Below are positions 26,892 through 36,762 of a stretch of DNA of 64,000 nucleotides, in pieces. The notes below the pieces were generated by a model. It had not been told where the DNA came from, made no database searches, and saw only the letters and a program-made list of their open reading frames with translations. The first letter of the stretch is position 1. Each line of letters opens with the position of its first letter. The DNA is from Candidatus Krumholzibacteriia bacterium (GTDB lineage: Bacteria > Krumholzibacteriota > Krumholzibacteriia > LZORAL124-64-63). A program made the translations under genes and the position numbers. The stretch lies in contig JBFXKG010000009.1 of the NCBI GenBank assembly GCA_050174015.1, positions 32,001 through 96,000 on the forward strand, given 5' to 3'.

Positions 26892-29800
26892 ATGAGGGCT
26901 GCTCGCCTGCTTTTCGCCGTCGCCATGGTGAGCTTTTTCATGCTTGCCGGCCATCCCGCCTCGGCGGTTCCCGCCGATCCCCAGAGGATCTTCAACCTTC
27001 AACAACCTGACGGTCAGGCCTTTTCCGCCAGGCTCAGCGGGGACGAGACCGTCCACTGGTACGAGACCGAGGATGGGTACACCATCCTGCGAGACGACCA
27101 GGGGTTCTGGTTGTACGCGGTAGAGGATCCGAGTGGCAGTTTGGTCCGGTCGGACCGGGTGGTGGGGATGGACGCTCCGGTCTCGGACCGTCATCTGCGC
27201 CCCGATGCAGCCCTGATGGCCAGGATGGCGGCGAAGGCCGCCTCGCCTGCGACACGGCTGGGTCCGGTGACCAAGAACGCCATCACCGGGAACCAGGACG
27301 TGGTGATCATCCTGGTGGAATTCGCGGATACCGGAACGGGCGAAGGCTCCGACGGCGACCATGACGCCGCCTATTTCGGCAGCGCGGCCGACGGCCTGGT
27401 CCTCGGCTCGAGCGGTGGCAACCTTGCCGACTGGCTGGACGAGGTCTCCTTCGGACAGTTGACTCTGGGCGGGGTCGTGGCGAACGATCGATGGCACCGC
27501 AGCGACAGGACTGAGCTGTACTTCGGCGGGGATTGCGACCCGGGCCTGCCCTGCGATCCGCCGTACGACGTGCCCACCATGACCGACAACTGCAACGCCT
27601 GCATCCCCGATCTGGCGCGCAACGCCGTGCAGATGGCCGACACCACGGGCTTCGACTTCTCTCTCTTCGACGGCGACTCCGACGGGGTGGTCGATCACGT
27701 CATCATCGTCCATGCAGGCCACAACCAGGCCTCGCTGGGGGGCGCAGTGGACGATATCTGGTCGCACTGGGGCGTGATCCCCGGGGGCGGCGAACCGGTG
27801 GACGGGATCGTCGTCGAGAACTACGTCCTGGTTTCGGAACACGACGCCATGAGCGTGCTGGCCCACGAGTTCATGCACGATCTGGGCGCTCCCGATCTCT
27901 ACGACTACGACGCCGACAGCGACCCTGTGGGCCGCTGGTGCGTGATGGGCGAACTGGTGGAGGGTCCGCGGCCGGTGCATCCCTGCGGCCTGCTCAAGGT
28001 GGACATCGACGGCGACTTCACCAACGGCATGTCTGGCTGGCTGACGCCTGTCCCCCTGACCACCGAGGGCACCTACACGGTCAATCGCCTCGACCAGACG
28101 GCCACCCAAGCGGTCTACGTCACCGACCCGGCGTTCTCCGGTCAGGAGTACTTCCTGGTTGAGAACCGGTCCCGGGCGGGCTACTACGACTACTCGCTGC
28201 CCGAATCGGGACTGATCATCACCCACGTGGATATGGCCATGCCCGACGGAGGCGGCCGGTTCAACGACGGCACGCCGTCCAATTCCTACCACGGGGCCTG
28301 GATCGAGCGGCCGCTGAACCTCGTTTCACCGGACGGGGCCGCCTACTCGGCGGACGATGAGGAGCATCAATTCACCCCCACCACGGTTCCGAACACCAAC
28401 GCCAACGGGGACGTGGGAACCGGGGACGTTTTCTGGGGAATCGCTGCCGAAGGCGATGCGATGGACTTCTCGTACCGGGCGGGTCCGACGGTCGTCAGCG
28501 GGACGACCAGCGGGTTCACCGAATGGACGGTGGATCATTCACCCTACGTGGTGAACGCCGACCTCACCGTCGCTGATGGAGATACCCTGTGGATCGAGCC
28601 TGGGGTGGTGGTGAAGTTCAGCGGGACGAGCACATCCCTGCTCGTGAACGGAACGTTGATTGCCGTTGGCACGGAAGCCGATGGAATCGTCTTCACTTCG
28701 TATGCCGACGACGAATTCGGCGGGGACACGAACGCGAACGGGCCGAGCACGGGGAGCCCGGGGCAATGGGAGCTCATCGACTTCAACGGAGCCGATGCAG
28801 AGTGTTCATTTGCGCATTGCCGGATCCGCTTTGGAGGCGATCAGTACAGTTCTGGGGCATACTTTGACGGTTACGGCTTATTCAGTTCATCCATCCGCCT
28901 GGTGGGATCCAGTTCCTTGACAATATCGGACACCGTGGTGGAAAGGACAAAAATCGGGGAGGACTATTCCAACCGCATATCGACGACGATCTACTCGGCA
29001 ACCGACTGCGCCCTGGAAATGAGTGACTGCACGGTGAGCGACAACGAGCACCGGGGCGTGACCGCAAGAGGGAACCTCGTCCTGCAGGGGTGTCGGGTAT
29101 TGCGGAACGGCGGGGAGGGGGTTCTCAGTTACGGGGCGAATACTGAAATCCGGAACTGCAGGATAGCGGACAATCTTGGGTCGGGCCTTTACGTCCCCGG
29201 AACGGGGGCGACAGTCGTGGCGGACACTGTCTCCGGCAACGGCAACTGGGGTCTTTACCTGCCGACTTCGCCGGTGGCATTCAACGACAATGTGGTGACC
29301 GACAACGCAGGCCCCGGTCTCGGCATCCCGGCCCCGCTGGTTACCAACGCCTGGCTAGGGTCCGGAGTGATGAACGGAAACGGTCGGAGCGACGCTATCT
29401 GGGTCTATTCTGGCACGATCACAGCCACCTCTACCTGGATCGACGAACACCCGTATGTGATCGGCGGGGACGTCGCCATCGCCGACGGCGTGACCCTGTC
29501 CCTGGAATCTGGGACGGTCGTCAAGTTCGATGGTGTCTCGAATTCCCTTTCGGTCAATGGAACCCTGATCGCCAACGGGACCGTCACCGACAACATCATA
29601 TTCACTTCGGTAGCCGACGACGAATTCGGCGGGGACACGAACGCGAACGGGCCGAGCACGGGGAGCCCGGGGCAATGGGAGCTCATCGACTTCAACGGTG
29701 CCGATGCGGGGTGCTCCTTGACGCATTGCCGGATCCGCTTTGGAGGCGATCAGTACTATACAGGTGCATCCTTTGACGGTTACTACTATTTCAGTTCATC

Positions 29801-32800
29801 CATCCGCCTGGTGGGATCAAGTTCTTTAACGATGTCGGACACCGTGGTGGAAAGGACAAAAATCGGGGAGGACTATTCCAACCGCATATCGACGACGATC
29901 TACTCAGCAACCGACTGCGCCCTGGAAATGAGTGACTGCACGGTGAGCGACAACGAGCACCGGGGCGTGACCGCAAGAGGGAACCTCGTCCTGCAGGGGT
30001 GTCGGTTTTTGCGGAACGGCGGGGAGGGGGTTCTCAGTTATGGCGGCGGCAGCGACATTCGCAACTGCCTGGCGGCCGACAACGGCAACGACGGGTTGAA
30101 CCTGCAGGGGGCTTCGGCAATCGTCCTCGCCGACACCCTGCTGAACAACGGCGACCAGGGCCTGCTATTGAACAATCTGCCGGCTGAGTTCCGCGACTGC
30201 ATTGCCGCAGGCAACAACCGGTCGGCCTTCGTTCTTCCCACTTCGATCCTGACCGAGTCCTGGCACAGCGGGAACAGCGTCCAGGCTGGCGATGCGATCG
30301 GCGTCTGGGGTGGCGACATCCCGGCCGGAACGACCTGGATCGACGAGCATCCGGTCAACGTCTACGGCAACCTGATCTTGCCGCATGACCACGACCTGAC
30401 TCTCGAGCCCGGGTCCATCCTCAAGTTCGACGGCACCTTCGGGCTGACGATCAACGGCACCCTGGTCGCAGTCGGCACCGAGGTCGACAACATCGTCTTT
30501 ACCTCCTACAAGGACGACGACCGCGGCGGGGACACCAACGGCGACGGCGCGACCGCGCCCCCCCGCGGTTCCTGGCGCAATCTGACCTTCACCGGCACGA
30601 ACCCCGGCTGTTCGCTGCAGCACTGCCAGGTCCGCTACGCGGGCTATACGCATGATTCAACCTACCGCGAAGCCGTGGTGGTGACCGCGACCGGGGAGTT
30701 GGTCATGACCGACACCGTCATCGAGGAGACCGGTGGCGGCTCCACCTATCCCTACGCCCTGCGGGTGGAGGCCGGGGCGGACTTCCAGGTCCTCGATTCG
30801 GCGTTCCGCAACAACGCCGGGCACGGGGCGTGGATCGCCGAGCCAACCGCGCTATTGACCGGCTGTTCCGCGGACGGCAATGGCCTTTACGGTTTCTTCG
30901 TGCACCCGGAACTTGCTGGCGAAGCCGGCTCGCTCAACACCAATGCCGGCAACAGCTGGGACGCCGTGGGCATCATGGCCGGCGACGTCACCATCGACGA
31001 CTCCTGGCCCAGCACGACAAATTATGCGCCCACGGGCATGGTCACCATCGCCCCAGGCGCGACGGTGATCCTTGAAAGGGGCGCCACCCTGAAGTTCAAC
31101 GGGCCTTATTCCCTCAACGTCAACGGCGGGCTCTACGCCCAGGGGGACCCGATCGAGAAGGTCGTCTTCACCTCATTCAAGGACGACAACTACGGCGGGG
31201 ACACCAACGACGACGGGGTCAACACCGTCCCGGCGGCAGGCGACTGGGGGGGGATCAACTTCGCCGGAGCCCATGCCGGGTCGCACCTGGGATGGACCGT
31301 GGTCGCCTACGGCGGCGCATCCAGCGTTCCTGCGATCAAGGTCGACAACGCGATCTTCAGCGGGCCCTTCACCGAGTGCATCGTACGGAACAACCTGGGC
31401 CGGGGAGTGCAGGTCGGGACCACCGGCGACCTGGCCTTCAACAACTGCGACCTGTACGGCAACGGCTACGGCCTCGAGAACCTCAACCCGGCGGTGCAGG
31501 TCGATGCGCGCGGCAACTGGTGGGGGCACCCCAGCGGGCCCGCCGGGGCCGGACCGGGGACGGGTGACGCGGTCAGCAGCTACGTCCAGTACGAACCCTG
31601 GCTCAGCCGGTCCATCGACAACCCTTGGGTCGCCTTCACCTCGCCGAGCACTTCCGGCAACTACACCGACGTCCTGGTCTTCGATCTCGATGAGGACCCC
31701 TTGCTCGACGTGGTGGCCGGAACCGAGAGCAGCGGGCTGGAGGTCTACCTGCGGACCGGTTTCGAGGAGTGGGCCCCCGCCCCCTCCCCGATCAGCTCCG
31801 GGCAGATCCTGAGCCTGGACCGCGGCGACTTCAACGCCGACGGCCACTTGGATCTTTTGGTCGGATTGCCGAACGGCCTGAGGGTCTTCGCCGGTGATGG
31901 GACTGCAGGATTCACCGAGGTTTCCGCGCCCTTGACGGGTCCCGGGGTCAACGACGCCAGGTTCGCATTCGTGGACCACGATGGGAACCTGGACGTCGTG
32001 GCGGCTTCCGGCGACAACGGCGGAGTCTGGGTGTTCTACGGCAACGGCGCCGGGTACTGGTCCACCGGACTCCGCCCCACGCTGGCCGGGACCTACAACA
32101 GGATCGCCCTGGCCGATCTCGACAACGACACCTGGCTGGACGTGGTCGCCACCAGCGCCGAGTACCTGGGCATCCACACCTGGTACGGGGCCGCGGACAG
32201 CACCTGGACCGCGGGAGCCCCCCTGGTCCCCGGCAGTGCTTTCTTCGGCCTGGACGTGGGCGACATCGACAAGGACGGCAACTACGACATCGCGGCCGGC
32301 TCGGACCAGTCCGCCATCGGCATCGTGCTCTACCTGGGTGATGGGGCCCGGGACTGGACGCCTCTGGACGGCCCCACCACAACGGGCCGGTTCGGAGACA
32401 TTGTCCTGGCCGATCTCAACAACGATCAGCGGCTGGACCTCGCGGCCTCCAACCTCTTCGAGGGGATCAACGTCTGGATCGGCACCAGCGCCCTGAACTG
32501 GAACTACTGGTACCATCCGGCCAGCACCAACATCTACAAGGCCATTGACGTCTACGACTTCACCCTCAACGGTTCCCTGGATCTGGCGGGGGCCTCCACC
32601 GTCCATGGTCTCGCCCTGTGGGACAACCTGACGCCGGGCCTCTTCCAGGAATACTACGCACTGGATCCCCAGGATCTGGACTTCGGCCGGGTGGCCATCG
32701 GCAACTGCGCCCACGAGGACTTCACCCTGACCAACGCCACCGTGGACGACACCCTGCGCAACGTGGTGGTCTACACGACGAACGAGGCCTTCACGGTGGC

Positions 32801-34604
32801 GGGGGTGGGCAAGGAGGTCGGCCCGTTCGACATGCTGCCCGGAGAAGAGATCGCCCTGAGGGTGACCTATTGTCCCGTGGCGCCGATCACCGAGAACGAG
32901 GTGGTCATCGTCCACAGCACCCAGGCGGTGACCCATCTGCGGGTCAAGGGCCAGGGCGTGGACTTCATCGAGCCCATCTGGTCGGTGGATCTCACGGTCG
33001 CCAACGGCCTGGGCGGCGAGGGCAATAGCCGGACCCTGGCCTTCGGGGCGGCCATCGGGGCCACCGACAGCCTGGACGTTCAGAGCGGGGAGATCGGATT
33101 GCCGCCGTTGCCCCCCATCACCGTCTTCGACGCCCGCTTCCAGGTGCCGGGCACCGAGGGATCCCTGATCAACGTCCACGACTACTACAACATCACCGAC
33201 GCCTTCACCTTCCAGTGGCAACCGGGTGACGGGGGGTACCCGGTGACGGTGACCTGGGATCCGGAGGCCCTGCCCTCGGGTACCTTCCTGATCGGTCTGA
33301 CCGAAGGAACCGCCGTGGACATGGCGATGAACGCCGAGTACGTGGCTTCGGCGGGTCCCGACCAGCTGACCATCTGGACCACGGTCCTCAGTTCGCACAC
33401 CTACGACCTGCACCAGGGGTGGCAGCTGGTCTCGCGGCCGATCGCCATGAACACCGACTCGCTTGCCGTTCTGTTCCCTGATGCGACCAGCGCCTTCAAG
33501 TTCGCCGGCAGTTACCTGCAGACCGACCTGATCGCCGCGGGAAAGGGCTACTGGCTCGACATGCCGGCAGCCGACACCGTGGTCCACACCGGAGATCAGG
33601 TGCGGCGCATCGAGCTGTCCCTGCCGGCCGGGTGGAGCCTGGTGGGTGCGCCTTATGACACCTACCTGGTGGCGGACATCGCCCAGAGTCCTCCGGGGGT
33701 GATCCGTTCGGTCTATGGATTCGGCGTGGCGTATGACCTGGCCGACCAGCTGTTGCCGGGCCAGGGCTTCTGGGTGGACATGGTCCAGGCGGGGACCATC
33801 ACCATGGACATGGACGCCTTCAAATCGGCCGGTGGGATCGACCCGGCGTCTGTGTCCATCCCGGCGGCCTGGGAGTTGCCCCTCCAGGTGCTGCCGGGGC
33901 GGAGCGACCCTGCAGAGGCGATCGCGATTTCCTGTGGCGCCGCAGCCGGAGCGGCCGATGGTCTGGATCTCGAAATGGGTGAGCGAGCCCTGCCGCCGGC
34001 CCCTCCCGCCGGGATCTTCGACGTGCGGTTGGCCATTCTCGGCGGTGTCGGTGTTCATCGGGATCTGCGGGATCCAGGGGCTGACCGTTTCACCTACAAC
34101 CTGACCTTCGGGGGGACGCCGGCCAGTTTCCCGGTGCGCCTGGCCTGGGACAGCAGTCTCTTGCCGGCCGGGGCCTCGGCCATCCTGTCGGACGCCGCGG
34201 GGGGCCGTTTGCTCGAGCCGGTGGACATGCTGGGTGCGGGCGAGGCCTTGATCAATGCCAATGCCGCCTTCGCCGGCGGCGTCATCATCACGGTGTGCCT
34301 GGCCGGTGACCAGCCGGATCTGCCTCGGGTGCTGGCCTTGCACGGCAACGTGCCAAACCCGTTCAATCCGCTCACGACCTTCCAGTATGACCTGCCGGAA
34401 CCCGCCCGGATCAGGCTCGAGGTCTTCGATGTGGCCGGGCGGCTGGTCCGCACCCTGGTGACCGGGCAGATGCCCGCGGGTCGCCATGAAGCGGTCTGGG
34501 ACGGGCGCAGCGATTCCGGGGCGGGAGTCGCTTCCGGCAGCTATTTCTACCGTCTTGATACGGGTAGACAGGTGCTGACCCACAAGATGCTGCTCATCAA
34601 GTAG
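26892..34604 (+). CDS. 2570-aa secreted multidomain protein: M6 (immune inhibitor A-like) metalloprotease, parallel beta-helix repeats, FG-GAP/VCBS repeats, Ig-like domains and FlgD-Ig/T9SS-like C-terminal domain
   Basis: Signal peptide; QPDG..F...GDE propeptide; VIIVHAG, IWSH, HEFMHDLGAPDLYD and EYFLVENR (M6); GDFNADGHLDL-type repeats; PNPFNP...WDG...SGSYFYRL...KMLLIK; GGAGG ribosome-binding site. Confidence 0.88.
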   Translation: MRAARLLFAVAMVSFFMLAGHPASAVPADPQRIFNLQQPDGQAFSARLSGDETVHWYETEDGYTILRDDQGFWLYAVEDPSGSLVRSDRVVGMDAPVSDRHLRPDAALMARMAAKAASPATRLGPVTKNAITGNQDVVIILVEFADTGTGEGSDGDHDAAYFGSAADGLVLGSSGGNLADWLDEVSFGQLTLGGVVANDRWHRSDRTELYFGGDCDPGLPCDPPYDVPTMTDNCNACIPDLARNAVQMADTTGFDFSLFDGDSDGVVDHVIIVHAGHNQASLGGAVDDIWSHWGVIPGGGEPVDGIVVENYVLVSEHDAMSVLAHEFMHDLGAPDLYDYDADSDPVGRWCVMGELVEGPRPVHPCGLLKVDIDGDFTNGMSGWLTPVPLTTEGTYTVNRLDQTATQAVYVTDPAFSGQEYFLVENRSRAGYYDYSLPESGLIITHVDMAMPDGGGRFNDGTPSNSYHGAWIERPLNLVSPDGAAYSADDEEHQFTPTTVPNTNANGDVGTGDVFWGIAAEGDAMDFSYRAGPTVVSGTTSGFTEWTVDHSPYVVNADLTVADGDTLWIEPGVVVKFSGTSTSLLVNGTLIAVGTEADGIVFTSYADDEFGGDTNANGPSTGSPGQWELIDFNGADAECSFAHCRIRFGGDQYSSGAYFDGYGLFSSSIRLVGSSSLTISDTVVERTKIGEDYSNRISTTIYSATDCALEMSDCTVSDNEHRGVTARGNLVLQGCRVLRNGGEGVLSYGANTEIRNCRIADNLGSGLYVPGTGATVVADTVSGNGNWGLYLPTSPVAFNDNVVTDNAGPGLGIPAPLVTNAWLGSGVMNGNGRSDAIWVYSGTITATSTWIDEHPYVIGGDVAIADGVTLSLESGTVVKFDGVSNSLSVNGTLIANGTVTDNIIFTSVADDEFGGDTNANGPSTGSPGQWELIDFNGADAGCSLTHCRIRFGGDQYYTGASFDGYYYFSSSIRLVGSSSLTMSDTVVERTKIGEDYSNRISTTIYSATDCALEMSDCTVSDNEHRGVTARGNLVLQGCRFLRNGGEGVLSYGGGSDIRNCLAADNGNDGLNLQGASAIVLADTLLNNGDQGLLLNNLPAEFRDCIAAGNNRSAFVLPTSILTESWHSGNSVQAGDAIGVWGGDIPAGTTWIDEHPVNVYGNLILPHDHDLTLEPGSILKFDGTFGLTINGTLVAVGTEVDNIVFTSYKDDDRGGDTNGDGATAPPRGSWRNLTFTGTNPGCSLQHCQVRYAGYTHDSTYREAVVVTATGELVMTDTVIEETGGGSTYPYALRVEAGADFQVLDSAFRNNAGHGAWIAEPTALLTGCSADGNGLYGFFVHPELAGEAGSLNTNAGNSWDAVGIMAGDVTIDDSWPSTTNYAPTGMVTIAPGATVILERGATLKFNGPYSLNVNGGLYAQGDPIEKVVFTSFKDDNYGGDTNDDGVNTVPAAGDWGGINFAGAHAGSHLGWTVVAYGGASSVPAIKVDNAIFSGPFTECIVRNNLGRGVQVGTTGDLAFNNCDLYGNGYGLENLNPAVQVDARGNWWGHPSGPAGAGPGTGDAVSSYVQYEPWLSRSIDNPWVAFTSPSTSGNYTDVLVFDLDEDPLLDVVAGTESSGLEVYLRTGFEEWAPAPSPISSGQILSLDRGDFNADGHLDLLVGLPNGLRVFAGDGTAGFTEVSAPLTGPGVNDARFAFVDHDGNLDVVAASGDNGGVWVFYGNGAGYWSTGLRPTLAGTYNRIALADLDNDTWLDVVATSAEYLGIHTWYGAADSTWTAGAPLVPGSAFFGLDVGDIDKDGNYDIAAGSDQSAIGIVLYLGDGARDWTPLDGPTTTGRFGDIVLADLNNDQRLDLAASNLFEGINVWIGTSALNWNYWYHPASTNIYKAIDVYDFTLNGSLDLAGASTVHGLALWDNLTPGLFQEYYALDPQDLDFGRVAIGNCAHEDFTLTNATVDDTLRNVVVYTTNEAFTVAGVGKEVGPFDMLPGEEIALRVTYCPVAPITENEVVIVHSTQAVTHLRVKGQGVDFIEPIWSVDLTVANGLGGEGNSRTLAFGAAIGATDSLDVQSGEIGLPPLPPITVFDARFQVPGTEGSLINVHDYYNITDAFTFQWQPGDGGYPVTVTWDPEALPSGTFLIGLTEGTAVDMAMNAEYVASAGPDQLTIWTTVLSSHTYDLHQGWQLVSRPIAMNTDSLAVLFPDATSAFKFAGSYLQTDLIAAGKGYWLDMPAADTVVHTGDQVRRIELSLPAGWSLVGAPYDTYLVADIAQSPPGVIRSVYGFGVAYDLADQLLPGQGFWVDMVQAGTITMDMDAFKSAGGIDPASVSIPAAWELPLQVLPGRSDPAEAIAISCGAAAGAADGLDLEMGERALPPAPPAGIFDVRLAILGGVGVHRDLRDPGADRFTYNLTFGGTPASFPVRLAWDSSLLPAGASAILSDAAGGRLLEPVDMLGAGEALINANAAFAGGVIITVCLAGDQPDLPRVLALHGNVPNPFNPLTTFQYDLPEPARIRLEVFDVAGRLVRTLVTGQMPAGRHEAVWDGRSDSGAGVASGSYFYRLDTGRQVLTHKMLLIK
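28692..30040 (+). repeat. Near-identical intragenic direct repeat of ~440 bp (about 28692-29131 and 29601-30040, offset 909 nt)
   Basis: Direct comparison shows identical tracts of roughly 70-100 nt separated by small clusters of substitutions. Confidence 0.92.
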
Positions 34605-34613
34605 GAGGACATC

Positions 34614-36485
34614 ATGGGACGGCACATCCGATCGATCATGACCATGGTGGCGCTGGCGGTCCTTCTGGCCGCCGGCGCCGCAGCCGAGCAGTGGACCACC
34701 GCCTTGACGGTGGAGAATGGATGCGGTGAATCCATCTCCTTGTCCTACGGGATCCATCCCGAGGGAACTGCAGGCCTGGATCCGGCCCTGGGGGAGGTGG
34801 GGCTGCCGCCCTGGCCTCCGACCGCCGTCTTCGAGGCCCGGTTCATCGTCGATGGGCTGGAGGGCCTGGCCCTGGACATCCGGGACGACAGCCGCACCGG
34901 ACGCACCCACCGGATCCAGTGGCAAGCCGGGGGATGCGGCTATCCCGTGGTCCTGCGCTGGGACGCGTCGGCCCTGCCGCCGGCGACCTTCACCATGCAG
35001 GACGGCTACACCGGGACCTTGATCCCTGCGTTCGACATGGCGCAGACCGACAGCCTGGTGATTCCGGCCGGCCAGTCCTACATCAAGCGGGTCGACATCA
35101 CGGTCCTGCCGGGGGAATTGCCTCCCGGCCCACCCGTGATCACCCCGGCCATCCCGGATCAATCCATCTTTGTGGACCAGCGATTCGCCGAGCTGGACCT
35201 GGATGACTTCGTCGATGATCCCGACGATCCGGACGATGACCTTGGCTGGATCCTCATGGGCAGTGGTCCCCCGTGGGTCACCCTCAGCCCTGACCGTATC
35301 CTGGACGCCAGCGCGCCGGAGGGCTGGACGGGCTCGGCGACCTTTACGTTGCGGGTCACTGACCCGGGAGGGCTGCAGGACGAACAGGAATTCAGGCTCG
35401 AGGTCCTGGCCCCCGGGCTGCCGTCGTGGACGATCGGCCTTACGGTGACCAATGGGGGACTTGAGGACGAGGCCCTCGGGGTGGGAATCCACAGGACCGC
35501 CGGCGAGGGAATCGACCAGGACCTGGGGGAGGTGGCCCTGCCGCCATGGCCTCCGACATCGGTTTTCGATGCCCGGTGCCTGTTGCCGGACGGGTTCACT
35601 CATTCCCGATTGGATCTGAGGGGCAGCGTCTCCCAGCCCATCCGGTTCCACATCGAATGGCAGGCCGGAAGCGGCGGCTACCCCGTGACCGTGACCTGGC
35701 CCGCGGATCTGCCGCCGGGGGAATTCAGCATCCGGGACGATATGGGAGGGGCCTTCCTCCCACCCCTGGACATGCGGTCTGCCGGGTCCCTGGTGGTGCC
35801 CGATTCCCTGGCCTTCATCGAAGGAATGGTGATCGAGGTGACTCCGGTCGTGGACACCACGCCCCCGTTCGGCCCCGAGGGTCTGGACGTGAGCGGCTGG
35901 TCCCCCTGGGACCGAGTGACCCTGGACTGGTCGGCCTATCCCTGCACCGAAGAGAATTTTGCCTATTATGAAATCCTCTTCGACACCGAGCTCTTCGCCG
36001 AGGGAGCGACCCATTCCTGGGACTGGTCCGAAGACGGATGGCTCGGCAACCGGGAGACGACATCCACCACGATCACTCTCCCCGGCCCCGCCGACCGTTA
36101 CGTCTTCCGGATCAGGGCCTGGGATGTCTTCGGCAACCCGGGTGACCTCTCACGCTGGTGCATCATCGGGGATGCCTCGGGGGCGCCCTTGTCCTCGGGG
36201 GCGGGCCTCCCAGTTCGGGACTTTTCTTGCGCCCCCAATCCGTTCAATCCGGTCACCGGGATCCGGTTCACCTTGGGCTGTGATTTGCAAGTTCTTGTGG
36301 ATGTTTACGATGCGCGAGGACGGCTGGTCCGCCGTCTAGGGGAAGGGCTCATGAGGGCAGGGCCACAGGTCCTGGCCTGGGATGGCCTCGGTGCCGGGGG
36401 AACGCCCATGCCATCGGGTACCTACTTCTGTCGGGTCGCGGCCGGCAGCCAGGTGACAGTGAAGAAAATGACCCTCTTGAAGTAG
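34614..36485 (+). CDS. Secreted protein with two LPPWPP-FDAR modules, Ig/FN3-like domains and FlgD-Ig/T9SS-like C-terminal domain
   Basis: Signal peptide, internal repeat and PNPFNP...WDG...SGTYFCRV...KMTLLK; AGGAGG site overlapping the upstream stop codon. Confidence 0.8.
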   Translation: MGRHIRSIMTMVALAVLLAAGAAAEQWTTALTVENGCGESISLSYGIHPEGTAGLDPALGEVGLPPWPPTAVFEARFIVDGLEGLALDIRDDSRTGRTHRIQWQAGGCGYPVVLRWDASALPPATFTMQDGYTGTLIPAFDMAQTDSLVIPAGQSYIKRVDITVLPGELPPGPPVITPAIPDQSIFVDQRFAELDLDDFVDDPDDPDDDLGWILMGSGPPWVTLSPDRILDASAPEGWTGSATFTLRVTDPGGLQDEQEFRLEVLAPGLPSWTIGLTVTNGGLEDEALGVGIHRTAGEGIDQDLGEVALPPWPPTSVFDARCLLPDGFTHSRLDLRGSVSQPIRFHIEWQAGSGGYPVTVTWPADLPPGEFSIRDDMGGAFLPPLDMRSAGSLVVPDSLAFIEGMVIEVTPVVDTTPPFGPEGLDVSGWSPWDRVTLDWSAYPCTEENFAYYEILFDTELFAEGATHSWDWSEDGWLGNRETTSTTITLPGPADRYVFRIRAWDVFGNPGDLSRWCIIGDASGAPLSSGAGLPVRDFSCAPNPFNPVTGIRFTLGCDLQVLVDVYDARGRLVRRLGEGLMRAGPQVLAWDGLGAGGTPMPSGTYFCRVAAGSQVTVKKMTLLK

Positions 36486-36609
36486 GGTCCGTTCAAGTCC
36501 CGAGGCCCTCCTCCGGTCAGCTTTCACCGGGGGCGGGTTGGATTCGGGTTATCCCGAATGAAGGGACGAAAGGTCAATTCCAGAGGTCTGGAAAAAATTT
36601 CCACAAATC

Positions 36610-36638
36610 TTGACAAAGCCCCAGCACCCGGTTATAGT
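36610..36638 (+). promoter_or_regulatory. sigma70 promoter of the str operon
   Basis: TTGACA-N17-TATAGT upstream of rpsL. Confidence 0.85.
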
Positions 36639-36762
36639 TCCCCGTCCATGACCGCAGCCGGGAAGGCTGCTGTTGTTTTCTGCCGTAAACCGTGAACTAT
36701 CAAGTTCTTTGTTTTGCCCGGCTTGGGACGTTTCCCGCCGGGCCCTGAGCGGGAGAACGACC

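Noticed and set aside
28692..30040. Possible diversity-generating retroelement template/variable repeat pair
   Set aside because: Differences are not adenine-specific, both copies are in-frame coding, and there is no reverse transcriptase in the window.
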